Part shown: one piece after another, positions 33,171 to 46,684 of the stretch
Position numbering within the stretch: position 1 is the stretch's first letter
How the letters are laid out: each line of letters opens with the position of its first letter
NCBI GenBank assembly: GCA_964187785.1
Contig: OZ076409.1
Location: 63,800,001-63,864,000, forward strand
Direction of reading: 5' to 3'
Source of the DNA: Amphiscolops sp. MND2022
Taxonomy: Eukaryota
DNA: 64,000 nucleotides
Made by a program: the position numbers and the translations under genes
Notes under the pieces: model-generated
What the model saw: only the letters and a program-made list of their open reading frames with translations
Databases searched by the model: none
What the model was told of the DNA's origin: nothing

Positions 33171-36100
33171 TCAATCTTTGTACGTGCTACTTGAGTAAAG
33201 AGGCTCAGCAGACAAGTAGTCAAGTTTGTCGTAGAGTTTTCTTTTCTCATAGTTTTGGTAACATTTGTTGGCAACGAGGACAGTGGCTGCTGCGATACTC
33301 AGGCACACAAAAGTGACCAGAATTATTGCTCCGAAGTCGGACCCTGGTCTTTTGAGGGAGTCTTCTTGGGTACCACTGGAAGCCAGTTGGTCGGAGTTCA
33401 TGTCACTGTTCGCTTCTTCGTGATCAACAAAAGTGTCACTGTCATTATTCTCATCAGAAGGTTCTGCTGTTCTCAGCTGAAATGAATGTTTACTCGGTCA
33501 AAATCTCAAGTCAAAAGCTCTTACGCCGAGGTATCAGCAACGATCTCAATTGAAAATACTGGCTGAGTTTCACTCAAATTTGTCTGGTATACTCGTTTCC
33601 GTTGTAGATGTAAAAAAACTTTAGCTAGGTTAACGTAGTTGATGGTGTTTCGCTAGCTGGGGGGGATTAAGACGTTCAAACAGGCTGCGGTGGGTGTTTT
33701 TTTCGGTTTTAAAATGTCCCATATCTAGCTGTGAAGGTAGCCTGTTTGGCAGGCATTGTTTCATCTATCTTGGCCCCACTAATTACTTTTTTTGATGCAT
33801 GAGCGGAATGTCACTGAGTAGTTAAGACTTTTATTGATTATTTTGTTTTTCCATTATGAAGTATTCTTTTGTTCCGCCGGTTTTCAATATCGACTTTTCA
33901 AAATAACTTTGTTACTTCAGCTCTTGGTTTTGAATAAATCATCCAACTAGTTTTGTTCAGGACGCTTCTGAGGATCAATTATGCTGTCGCTGTTACCTCA
34001 AAAACGTCTGTTATTTTGAAAAATACTTGTCGCAGGCTGCCTTCTGCGAAATTTATTGGTCTTATTGGACCGTCGGTCCACCAGACTACAGCAATAAACT
34101 GATTGCCAATTTTAAAGGAATTTGAGACCGACAGTCAAACCGACTACAACAATCTACTGATTGACTATTTTAACGAATTTGCGACCGACACTCAAACAGA
34201 CTACCGCAATATAGTGATTGCCTTTTAAAACAAATTCGGGACTGACAGCCAATCGGACTACAGCAACATACAGAAAACACTCATTTTTTAGTCATATAGA
34301 TTAGTTTTATGGTTTTATAAAAATGTCCACATGTAGAAGAATGCTTCGTTTAGCTGTGTTGAATAACGACGCTGTAAATGTAGAAAATTTTAATAATATG
34401 CAGTGCTACTTGAACTAAAATGCGTTCAACTGGTACTTCGCTCTAGTATGGTTGACGCGTGGTCCAAATTCAATTATTGACCAATCACGGCGCTGCTAGT
34501 ACTACTGCTGTAGTCAAATGGACCCTCGGTCAACTTTGCTGTTTTAGTTCGCTGTTTGATGTCTCATTCACTAGATGTAAAGTGTAAAGTAAACAAATCA
34601 GGACTGTCAGTCTAAAGTAACAATGCGCGCCGCCTTTCACCCTTCTGTCGTTTCCAGAACTTTCCTTTGAAGTTCATATTGACGCTATTTTAAACCCTAT
34701 TCAGACATGAAGTAATAGTGAGGACATTTTAATGCTATTTTTAACACGATGACTATCAGAAAATTGAGTGTCATGGAAAATGCAGTATATATAGCTGATA
34801 CCCACTGACCAAAAGACCATAATCTTGAAGAAGTTGCTACAATTGAATGTTTCCATCCATTTTTACTGAAGTTCTGACGAGTTGTTATACTTATAGTTTT
34901 CAATAATGTAATCTTAAAAGAATACTGATTTCTTATAAATGCCCTAAACTATCAATCAGAAAGCAAATAGAATCGTTCTAGTTAACCAGACTTGAGGTCC
35001 GACTTATATGAAATACTTGGAATTTTTCAACAGACTAGTTATCAATATAACTCTACATGAAGACGTAAACCCAAATGGATATGAATTTAGATCTTTAACG
35101 AAATCAAATAGTCATCAGATCACAAAGTATTCATCAATATAACTCTACATGAAGACGTAAACCCAAATGGAAATGAATTTAGATCTTTAGCGAAATCAAA
35201 GAGAGAAACGAACCTATTGTCCAATTGATGACACAAAACAGATATTCTAACACAGAGGAATTTAGTTCAAATAATAAATCTATGGAAACAAAAAGGTACA
35301 AGGACGCTGGAAAATTTTATATACTCAAATTTTAAGTGAAATAAACACTGTATTTGAAGAACAAGACGGAACCGGCCCAAGTCGGCGCCATATCCAAGGC
35401 TCAAAAATAGCAAAAGGACTTCCAAGTGTCAGTTTACAGTACTGGAAAATCGAAAAACCAATAAATGGACCGAGCGGCGCGCCGGGGCCCGCTAGTGCGA
35501 GCCCTTGGCGCGCTAAAAGGGGCAATTCCGACATTGTCAACATTTTGTTGCAGTTGTCGAAAAAACAAATTTTCGAGAAAAAGTCTCACAATGCCGAAAA
35601 ACTGAATGGGAGGACCCTTTTGGATTTTCAAACACCCAATCTGTTGTAATAATTCAAAGAAATTTAAGGGGGCCTTTTGGGGAAAGTTTTTTTCAAAAAA
35701 AGGCTCGCAGTGCCAAAAAAATTGAAAGGGGACCCTTTCGTCCCGCCCGGTACGGTATGTTACCCGGGAAAACAGGAAAAATCTTTTTGGTTCAGTTCGC
35801 TAGGCCAAATGGTGCAATTTGGTGCAATAATCTTTTGTAGAACTTTTAAGAACTGTTTTGGTCAGTTCGTGTGGATTGAAAAAAAGAAGTGTGACTATAA
35901 TAGTCGCGTTTCATTTCGTGAAGCGCCACTTAAAAATCATTAAACAGACTCACGTTAGGTTGGGAGCGCTCAAAGAGGAATTCAGCGCAAAAGTGGACCT
36001 TCGGTTCGCGGGACTTCACTGGAACCCCGAAGTTGAGTTAAGCGCAAAAGTGGACCTTCGGTCAGACGGACTGCAACGAAACCCCGAAGCTTAGGGTAGC

Positions 36101-37560
36101 TGCAAAATGCGGAAATATCATTTCAAAATGAATCTAAACAATGTAAGAGCAAATACTATAGCAGAGAGACTCCCAAAATAGTGACTTGAGTTACGACAAA
36201 ACCGTTGAATAACTTTTGTATAGTTCACTGTTAACAATAATCCATTTTAAACAGAATACGTCGAAAATGTTACAAAAAACTTTCCTTGCTTTCAACTTCG
36301 ATTTGTCTTTCAATTTTTTAGTCGGCGCTTCATGAAGTGAAACGCGACTATTATAGTGACTTTTTTTCTATCCACACGAACTGACCAAAATAGTTCTTAA
36401 AAGTTCTACAAAATATTATGGTGTCAAATAGCACCATTTGGCCTAGCGAACTGGACCAAAATGGTTTTACCTGTTTTTCCGCGTAACATCATACCGGGCG
36501 AGACCAAAGAGTCCCCCCTTTCAATTTTTTTCGGCACTGCGAGACATTTTTTTTCGGTTTTCTTTCGAAATTTTTTTCCTCAAAGGGTCCCCCTGCATTT
36601 TTTTGATGTTTTGCGACAGAATGGATGTTGGAAAATCCCAAAGGGTTCCTCATTTCAGTTTTTTTCGGCATTGTGAGATTTTTTCCCGAAAATAAAAATT
36701 TTTTCTTGAATTTTTTCATGTTTTGCGACAGAATGGATGTTGAAAAAACTCAAAGGGTCCCCCCTTTCAGTTTTTCGGCATTGTGAGACGTTAGCGCGCC
36801 AGGGGCTCGCGCTAGCGAGCCCCGGCGCGCCACTCGGTCCAATTTTTTAGTAATTTTTTTCAACAAATAATTTTTCAACAAAAAATGAATTTCGAAAAAT
36901 TTTCGATTTTCGACTACTGTAAAAGAATACTTGACACTTGGAAGTCTTTTTGCTATTTTTGAGCCTTGGATATGGCGCCGACTTGGGCCGGTCCCGGCTT
37001 GTTAACATCTACATTGTCAAATACTCCCAAACTTAGAAGTGACTGTACTTTTTGTTGATTTTCAATTTTAGCGTTTTCAACTCAAATAGTATCAAATTTT
37101 TGCCATTATCGAATGTTTAAGGTTGAAGATAAATTGAACTAACAACTCAACAGCCCTGCTTGAATATGTGAACCCAAATTGATCTTCGGATTCGTCCGAA
37201 GAAAACTAATCTCAGAAAGGACGTTTTCGATACTAACAATGGGAATGGATTCTTCACTTTGAATATCTTCTTTAGTAGTCTCCTGGAAGTCCAAGATTAC
37301 TGGTTCAGTCGTTGTCATAGGTAACGATTCTTCATCAGGGAATCTTTTCAAAAATATTACGTAACTCTCTTCCTCCTGTAACAATCATTTTTCAATTAAT
37401 GTAAGAGGAGACATTGTTTTAAGTTACAAGAAAATGAATAGTAACTCACCTTGTCTGTATCAAGTAGATATTCTTGTCCACAGTACACGTCGTTGCAGTG
37501 CATCATGAAACAGTTTTCTGGGCGCTCCAGAGTTGGCAAATAGATGGCTGTGTTACAAGT
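33171..37560 (-). CDS. MANSC-domain single-pass membrane protein (MANSC1/C11orf24-like), 5' part not found
   Basis: Exon 37560-37450 (TCNTAIYLPTLERPENCFMMHCNDVYCGQ, MANSC-like Cys spacing, GTGAGT donor). Exon 37375-37238 (acidic/Thr-rich; GTTAGT donor inferred). Exon 33476-33171 (acidic stalk, TM helix GAIILVTFVCLSIAAATVLVA, tail KRKLYDKLDYL resembling the RKxYxxLDYL tail of MANSC1/C11orf24). Phases 0-0-0 are compatible. Confidence 0.68.
34068..34531. mobile_element. MITE-like element with ~29-bp imperfect TIRs and internal gactac(a/c)gcaat subrepeats
   Basis: GACCGTCGGTCCACCAGACTACAGCAATA versus TACTGCTGTAGTCAAATGGACCCTCGGTC. Confidence 0.55.
35041..35200. repeat. Short direct duplication, 92-bp period
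   Basis: atcaatataactctacatgaagacgtaaacccaaatgg at 35041 and 35133. Confidence 0.85.
35360..35936 (-). mobile_element. Helentron-like repeat (HINE family)
   Basis: Reverse-complement copy of 36314-37003, starting aacaagacggaaccggcccaagtcggcgcc. Confidence 0.65.
36314..37003 (+). mobile_element. Helentron-like repeat (HINE family)
   Basis: 5' TTTTTTAGTCGGCGC and 3' GCGCCGACT subterminal inverted repeats, followed by hairpin GCCGG-TC-CCGGC and TTGTT. Confidence 0.7.
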
Positions 37561-38654
37561 CTGAAATGGAAACAATCTGTAAAACTATGCAGTCATCGCC
37601 TCCGAATGACCGGAAAATAGGCTGCAAAGCTGAAAAGTTTCAGCCGACAACTCGCAATGTCCAGTGCGAAAAAGTGACTGTCGGAATATAAATTTGCATG
37701 TTTATAATAAGAACAAATGTGGTCTCGACCTAGTTTGGGAGCCCAAAATTCCAATTCCCACCACTCACAAGATGAATCTTTCTGTGGCTTCAATTTTTGA
37801 CCCCGAAAACGTTAAAATGATTCTACGTAAGCTGGAATTTAGTCAAAGATCTAAAATTTGTCTTTTTTTCAATCGCGAACGACTTTGTCATTTCGTCAAT
37901 TCTGCTCAAAGTACTTGATGAGATGAATGTTTCCGACGGAAATCAAGCGAGTATTGAATTTCCACCAATCAATTGATCGCTGGCTGATAGCTTCGACTAC
38001 TTTTAGAAGAGTGGATTCAAAACATCAAAATCAATCTACTAGAAGTATTTTTAGAAAGTAAACTAGAGATATCTAATCTTTTCCATGCAATTAACAAAGG
38101 TTTGGGTCCGGATACTTTCAGCCACCCACTTTTGCAACGTTTGGGCAACTTTTGAAAAACTCATTATTGGAACTAGGATTCGAAAAGGGATTAGGACAAG
38201 AGGTTTTGAGAAAAGTCACGGGTAGTCAACTGGTACTCAGGTATCGAAAAATCAGTATATTTTATTCTTGTTTCGTTCTAATGGGTAATTTATGTATCTT
38301 CTTTCTCGGTTTTTTGGTTATAATTCAAAAATCAATTCGAAAGGTGATTTCCATATTTTCCTGTCTACCAACATTCTCACAGATCTAACTGCACCTTTTG
38401 TAAATTTCATCAATCTTCCTTACTGATTCCATCATACAAAATAAGCATTCTAGCCACTTGCCATGAGACGATTAGGTAGACTGCTTAACTTGATTTTGTA
38501 GTCTACGTTGAATTTCTTGAGGTTGTTTTGCGTGAAGGCCGTTCCGTTATTCGTTGACATACTTGAAGATGCCATTTATTGTGCTTTTTTTTGTAAAATT
38601 TCATTTAGGGTTTTACCTAATTCCGCTTATTCCTGAGTTTTGTCACTTTATAAT

Positions 38655-40373
38655 TGTCGCAGGCTGCCGCCTGTGATGGCACAAGAAAGACAGCAACCGC
38701 AGATGGTCCGGAAATAGCGCCTGGGACCCTCCTCAATTATTGAAAAACAAAAATAATGATCATTCTTAGTCAGTCAATTGTGCTTATTGAGTTATTTTAG
38801 AAAAACGGTTGCTATCGTTATTTTATTAGTCTGTTAAGCGTTGATGATGATCAAGTTGATTGTAAAACTTTTACAAAATTGACAAACGTATGCTGAGATA
38901 AGCAAGCTAAGCGGCAAAAAGGAAACGTGTTGAATTGCGGAAACGTCGTTTCTCGGCAACGCTTCTTGCTGGTGACAATACAGCCAATCATAATGCAATG
39001 CTAATTTGAAGTGCTAATAATATAAGCCGATTACGGCCAAGTGGCTAAATAAAGCTGATAAGAGAAAGAACACCAGTCAAATGGCCGGTTCAATTACGTG
39101 GAATGTGCTACCCTATTATTAAAATTACATAGGCCATTCAAAACAGTATTCAAGTTGTTTTTTGTCTATTACAGTAAATAAGGACGGTCGAGTAATGATT
39201 TGTTATTCGGGGCTGCTATCTTTCATGTGCCGGTCCTTGGACCAAATATGATAAAAGCCATGTTCATTTTGGACAAAGCCCTTCTAAAACTGGGGTGATA
39301 TTAAAATCAGAACATGGAAATTAGTGCAATAATTAATCAGGTGTACATTTATTTCATTGCCTAAAATGTAGTTAGAAGTGTTGATACAAACTTCTAATAC
39401 GGTCAGTATATTGAAGGTATTGGAATTTGTTGACGTCCCTACTTAGCTGATGTATTTTTCTTTGAGCCTGATTAGGCTAAATTTCTAACGTGCTTTGATA
39501 GTGTTGACACCGCCGGTAATATGTAATTTTAATAACAGTTGCTCACCTTGGTCATGTGCTCTTTATAGAATTTGTTGTTTAAAATCATACGTATTTCTGT
39601 CTGATGAAACTCAATTGGAATGTTATTTTGTCTATACAGTAATAAATGTAAGAAAAAAGTGAATGTCACCCTCTCAGGAGTATATATACCCCAACTTCTC
39701 CTAAGAGAGACACAATTTGTTGAGTTCTACTACCATTCACACGGTTTCAAAATATCCAAACCTGATTTCCTAGTAAAATATCACAATCAGGATTTCTTGA
39801 TGCCTACTACTAGAAAACATAAGAAAGCTAAAAAAACCCAGGGGAACAGAAATGTTATCAGACATAGAAAATCTAGATTTTATGTTGGGAGGCAATCACC
39901 TAGAAAGGAAGGAAGTGAATTTAGTGAATTCCATTAGGAGACCTGATAGTCCAAATTTCATTGCAAGAAAATAATGAAGAGGACTGGTACCCTAATTCTA
40001 GGGATAATAGATCAAGTAATAGTGCCAATTGTGGCCATATTTCAGCTGGTACAGACTCTGTTGCTGAGTTTAACAGATTATCAGGCGAGCTCAATTAAAG
40101 GATCTCGAGAGAAATTGATGAAGTGGTGGACAGTGTCAGTGTTCAAATGCAAAGGGCTATTAATGATGCAATAAGCAATCAAGTTTTGCCCCAAACTCAG
40201 AACACCCTCCGAGTGGGTTTAGGACAGATGACACAGAAAGGATGGAACGTCTCGGTAGAGAAACCGGAACGGAACTCCGAAGATAATCCTAGTCAGAAAA
40301 TCAATGGTAGTTCTAGGAAAGGCGACTTTCCGTAATAGTCTCAATGACGAAAATGCTGATAGTACTCACGACA
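38655..40373 (+). repeat. 5' LTR (start inferred)
   Basis: TGTCG...CGACA inverted termini; its 3' ~1 kb is repeated at about 55130-56031. Confidence 0.55.
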
Positions 40374-43300
40374 TGGTGACAGGAGACAACGAATAGCCAG
40401 TTGTGGTTTCTGAGTTTCTCACGGGACAAGTGTCATCAACAACAGCTCTCAACCAATCTCACGTTGATCACAATCCATTGCTTGAGACAACAGACCCAGC
40501 ACAAGAAAGAGTCATACCAGTGGTCGTACAGGACACAAATAAGAGACTGGCAGACGTCTTGACAAATCTCCAGAATCGTCCAATAGCCCAACAGCTCACT
40601 ATCCACCCAGTCAATTCTAACACATTGACTTTCGATGGCAAAAGTGAGAAATTTGAGCTGTCCGAGGTTTAATTTCATACAATGATCAAGATGCAGCCAG
40701 AGATGTCTGAACAGATGAAAATCAATCACTTCCACTCACTTCTTAGGAAGGGGCCGTTACAAACGTTCAGAAACATCAGCACGGCAAACAGACAAACTCT
40801 TGATGACGTATTAGTTTAGTCACTTTCAGACAGAAATACGTCCAACCAGATTATCAAGCGACTGCGAAACATAAATGGCACCGCTTGGTATTTGATTCTA
40901 ACACGATGAAGCTACCAGACTTCCTCGAAGAATTGAACCAAGGGGCAAAAAAAGCGTTTGATGATCATGCTCAAAAAATGACTGACTGTCTCCTCTACGC
41001 AAAACTGCCACCGAAATTGAAAAGCTCAGTCAACATGGCCAGATTAGAAAACGGCTCTTACGATGAAATTGTGGCCCACCTCGAGAGAGAATTAGAGCTC
41101 AACGCGCTTGAAGAGTCTGACAACATACCAATGGCAACCATGACTTCCTCCACTTCCAAGCAGAAAAACTTTCTCTCCAATGGGCTATCATCCGATATTT
41201 TCTGCAATTACTGCAAAGAAAAAGACCACATGGTCAAGGACTGTGAGAAAACTTAAAAAGAAGAAAAAAGATGCCCAAAACGGCAAAAGTGACTCCGAAA
41301 AAGGCTTACCCTAAGTGTGGAATTTATGGCAAGAAGAATCACTCTGAACAAAGATGTTGGCTAGGCGCAGGCGCGCATCTCAAGCCTAAACGTATTAGGC
41401 CTGAAGACTCCTCGGATAACAATCCAGACTCGAAGGTACAAAAGCCGCAATATAACTCAACATCATCTAGTTCCCAGTCCACATTCGAAAAGGACGACTC
41501 AAAAAACTAACTTCGTCACAATACCAACACAACGATTTAGTATCAACCCGACGATATGTCAGAACTGACCTTCCAACAAAAGTATTCCACGAAAATCAAC
41601 AACAATTGTTGAGTATCCTTCTGTTGTCCGGCATCAACAGATCGAAAAAGCCACCATCATCACATAAAACAACACCCATTGGTACCAAAGACCACTTCCA
41701 GTTTGGGACCTTGATTAAACAACAACCTTTACCACCCGATTCAGGTCCATTCCCTTAATCGATGATTATAGCCCGACATACATCAATCCAGACTATGGCA
41801 GAGATCAGTACGGGGACACTGAAATCTATAACCAAGATTTGCAGCACGTTCTAGATGATAATGAACAAGACAATATGTCAGTCCACGAAAATCCACCGTT
41901 ATCTCATAATAAGAAAACTAGAGACACTCAAAGAAAACTGGCAAATTGATGATGGCACCACCCATCCAGAGTTCCCAAACCCTTTGGGGACCGAGAATAT
42001 CGAAACATTGAGCCGACGCTTCAGTCACTATTGGACGAAATACAATTCCAAAACGTCCTCATCACCAAAGTCGGTGAGCCTGACTGCATACCACTCTCTA
42101 CCATTATCAACCTCAAGTGTAAGAAACGCATGTTGTATTTCTCAATGGATTTTGGGAAAGTGACCATTGACGCCTAATTGCCTAATTGATACTGGGGCAC
42201 TGTTCAGTGCAATTCCTGATATCGACCTCCAGAAAATTCGTTTACTTTCTCCACAATCAGTTATGTAGGAAGGTCCGCCTCCGTAATTTCAAATTTTGGT
42301 CGCTAATAGACAATTAGAAATCCCAAAGCACTATTGATTTCAACTTTAAGGTTGTTGATAACGAGTTCCATGAAATCTTCATAGTAGTAGAGATTCTGAC
42401 AGGACTGATAATTGGACTATTGTTCCTTCGGAGAAACCATACAGTTCTGGAAATGAGGCAAGACATTCTAAACTTTCCATTCTTTTCGATGCAGCTCAAA
42501 ACAGCAGATCATCAATACTCCAATGTACTTGAGCCTATCTTGAATCCGACTGAATTAACCATGCTGCCCAACGAGAGAGTCCTAATCAGGACAAATTCCC
42601 TACTCTATCCTGAGAACGCAATCACCGGCATACGTCAACAAAGTGACCTTCTACATGAAGAATGGGACATTACCTTCTGCCCTACACTAGTCACATTGAC
42701 TGAAGGCAAAATTCAAATACCAGTGAATAATTTCACGGATCACCCCTATAAACTCAAAAAAGGGCTTCACACTGCTAACTTCTCAGTCATGACACCGGAA
42801 CAAATGAAGTATGTCAAACCGGTCGGTCCAGTGTCAACCTGGCAATAATTGCCAAATGACCAGGCGCAGGCAGCCCAGTATGTTTGCAGTCTCATCAAGA
42901 AAAACAAAAATCGTCAAAAATCTGAAAACTATTGGTTTCCTACTCCAGAAAATCTTGGAAAACTTGACGAACACACGCATATCCAAAAAGAATCCAGGCA
43001 TTGCAAGACCTGGAGACTCTTGACCCCACAAAGGACAAGAAATCCAGGGCGAAAGGCCTAGAAAACTTCGATTAGAAAGATTCCACTCGCGCGCCAGAGG
43101 AAATAAGGAGGATTGAAGACTTACTAGTGGAGTTCCATGATAATTTTGCAAGACACCGATTTGACATCGACATGAATAAATATTTCAAGGTGAAACTGAC
43201 ACCTAAGGACGACTCCCCAGCGTACAGTTAAAGTCTTCCAGCACCGATCAACTTGAAAGAAGACATTCTCGCTACACAAATATGGCATTATCACAACACT

Positions 43301-46300
43301 TCCGTTTTTCAAATATGCTTGTCCAATATTTGGGCAAAAAAAGCCAAATGGAAACTTCGACCACTGATTGAATTGCAAAAAAATCAACAACTTAATATCA
43401 GACGATTATATATATAATTAATAATCATCTTGTCAGCAGTCTAACCGATGCTGCCCAGCACATGACAGGGAAAAAATTTTTTTCAGAAACTGGACTGCTA
43501 TCAAGCATATCATTGCTTCCAGATTGCCGACCAGCGCTCAATAGAGATGCTGGCCTTCAATTTTGCTAGCCGCACGTTTGCATACAGACGTTTGGCACAA
43601 GGCCTTAGCAAAGCGCTTTCCGCATTCTCAAGATTTATGAGAGAATACCTTGATAAGGTTATCAAAGCGGACCAATGTGCTCAATATGTGGACGGCATCG
43701 GCATTGAGGCCAATGACGTTGACCACCTCATTGCCAACATGAGAGCAACTTTCAAATGCATCCAGGCAGCAGGCCTTAAGTTGACAATGCACAAAGGACA
43801 AAACAGAAAATGACTTCCTCGGACGAACCCTTACTTCTCAAGGCGTCAAACCCCAAAAGCAAAAAATTGTACAGAACTTCCTTTCCAAGTTCCTTTCCAA
43901 GAAGACCAAATTCCTGAAGTCGAAAAAGACTTTACAACGCTATTTGGGATTCTTGATTTGCTACCGAATTTCCCAAGACTGTCCGAACGCCTAGCCCCGT
44001 TCTACAAGATGCTCAAAAGCGACCGAAAGGTCCTAGTATCTAAAGAATTGGTTCAACAATTTGAGGAAAACAACAAAGCTCTAGACAAATGTTGCGACAT
44101 AGCTCTGCAGCAGCCTCTCCTTAACGAGCAGATTGCCCTAATGACAGATGCAAGTTTTGCCGCTGCAGGATATGCGGTACTCATAGAAGACGATCCTAAC
44201 AAGATTTTTTACCTCACTTCGCAAATCATATGCACCGGTCGCCTATGGTCCAAAAACTTTCACCCCAGCCCAAATCAAGTTTTCCATATATGCAAAAGAA
44301 TTTCTCGCAAGTTACTTCACATCCTAGTGTTTGGACACATTTTCTGGGGAGAGACAAATCCGGTCATAATATTGACTGACAACAAAGCCGTAACTCGACT
44401 TTTTCAAACAACAATTGTACCCCCAGCCTAGTGGAACGCTTGTGACTATGTCATCCAATTCAATTTTGTTATAGCCTACATCCCAGGAGCACAAAATACA
44501 GCAGCTGACTACTTAAACCCCCACAGCATTGGATCCTAGAGACAAACTAGTCATGAAGATCGGCGAGGATGTGCAAACTTTACCAATAGAAATCAATGTC
44601 AAATCAGCAGGAGTGGCACAGGAAGACCAAATTTTCTATACAAATGATTATGATGAAACCTGTAGAACAATATTGGGCGAGGAAGGAAACAATTCGAAGA
44701 AGTCCCGCCACTGCAGACATAGCCATGACAATTCAGACAGTCTCTACAAACTTGACAAAAACAGAAACCTGAAGTACAAACCCGATTGCGGAAAAAAACC
44801 AGATCATTATCGAGCAATCTAAAGATGCAGTAAAGTAGCAATTGAAAATAAAACTCCTTCACGATGAATATTCAGGAAACGTACTGCAACAAGATGCTCG
44901 ATATCGACACTACGGTAACAATTTGGAGCGATATGTAGTCAAGGAGGTAATCCTGATTAGGCAGTACTTCGATGAAACAGGGAACGTAAAATACATCCAG
45001 ATTCTTCTCCCGCAACACTTACTCCAGGAACTGCTTCAATCCCTATACAGGACAGCCCATAGGTACCCTGGCATATCGAAAATGTTACTGGAGATCAGAC
45101 AGAGGTGAAACTACTCTAGCATGACTAAACATGTTAAAAGGTGGTTAGAAGGGTATTTGCAATTCGCAAAGGACAAGCGAGTCCCTAATGCAACAATCAC
45201 ACCTGAACTACTCAATTTGCCGGAATCGGAGCTTGGACCCAAAGATACCATGCAAATCGACCCATTGTCGCACCTTCCCCCTAGTGGCGGATATGAAAAT
45301 GTGCTCACTGCGGTTGATGTTTCTTCACGCTATCTTTTCGCGTATCCTCTTACCGACGTACATCAACAATCAATGTAGCAAAAGTGATCAATGATATTAT
45401 GACCGAACATTCTGATTTACCGACATCACATATCACGGACAGTTGAACTGAATTCACCTCCACAATTATTGCGGAAACTGCACAAATTTCGGGTACTACA
45501 ATATAATATGCCTCCACCAAGCATCAGCAAACGATCGGAAAACTAGAGCGAACTCAAGCTTCACTCAAGACAAATCTCAAAATGGTATGTAGGGAATATC
45601 GCCGACAATGGCATAAACTTTTACCATTTGCGGTTCTGAATCACAATACCAGCTATCAAGCGAGTATTGGCTGTGAACCGACACGGGTATTCCATGGACG
45701 TATTCCATACAATTACTTGGATCACAAGCTACGGAATAACCCAAACGAGCAAAATTTGTCTACAACTGAAATTGCAGAAGAACGAAGTTCAAAATTCGAC
45801 AAAACTCCTCATTGGAGAAACGAAACAAAATTTTATGCAATCCTATCTTAAGTTTAAGGAGTATTTTGATCGCAAAGCGAGGGTGGCCCCACTCAAGGTG
45901 AACGATTAATGTTTTGTATTACAGCCGAAAGCTGATCACCAAGGGTTGAAAAACTTATTTAGGGTTTAGCGTTGGGTTGGACGAATTATAGTGCAAAAAA
46001 TGTTACCCAACGAAAACTCTATCGTACGCCGACTCAAAACAAACAAAACTCAATTTTTTTAAATCGTATTTGACTCAAAAAATTGTTCTCAAGCAACCAA
46101 TCGAAGATGGCTACCGAGAAGAATGATTACACCCGGTTGGGAAAATTATTACTCCGCAAGACGATCTGTATAGAATAACGTGTGAAACAAGTTTTGGTGA
46201 CCAGTTAGAAACGCGAGGCAACGTGCCTGCTCCGACTAACTTGCTGAATGTCAAACAACCGGTTATGCCGAACGACGAATCAAGTGACGCAAACGAGATT

Positions 46301-46684
46301 GAAGTTGATTACATAACACGAGACAGTCTGGATGACGTCAACGATCCGGCGCAAAGTCGTAGTAAAAGATTAATTGATGACGTTAACAAAAAAATGAAGC
46401 TTCTGAATACGTGAGAAATGAAAACTCGGATTGGCCGGATTCGGCCGTTCACCCCAAAAACCAGGTAAATCTTTCCCAGATCCGTCCAAAAGACGGGAAA
46501 AAGATGCAATAGTTACCGAAGTCAACTCTAATAAACAATAATGCACAAAATTCTCCAAATAGGGGGATGATATTGTCGTACCCGAAATATCACAAAACGA
46601 TGACAGAAATGTGATTCCTAGAGGAGGCAAATATAACCTCAGACCTAACCCAACTCAAACTACTCAGAAGTTTTCATATACTAG
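39800..46684 (+). pseudogene. Gypsy gag-pol pseudogene
   Basis: MPTTRKHKK start; FDGKSEKFEL; knuckles CNYCKEKDHMVKDC and CGIYGKKNHSEQRC; protease LIDTGA (~42185); RT YRRLAQGL, QYVDGIG (~43680); RNase H LMTDASFAAAGYAVL, ILTDNKA; integrase HRYPGISKML, LTAVDVSSRYLFAYP, GKLERT; end GGKYNLRPNP. Many frameshifts and stops. Confidence 0.93.
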
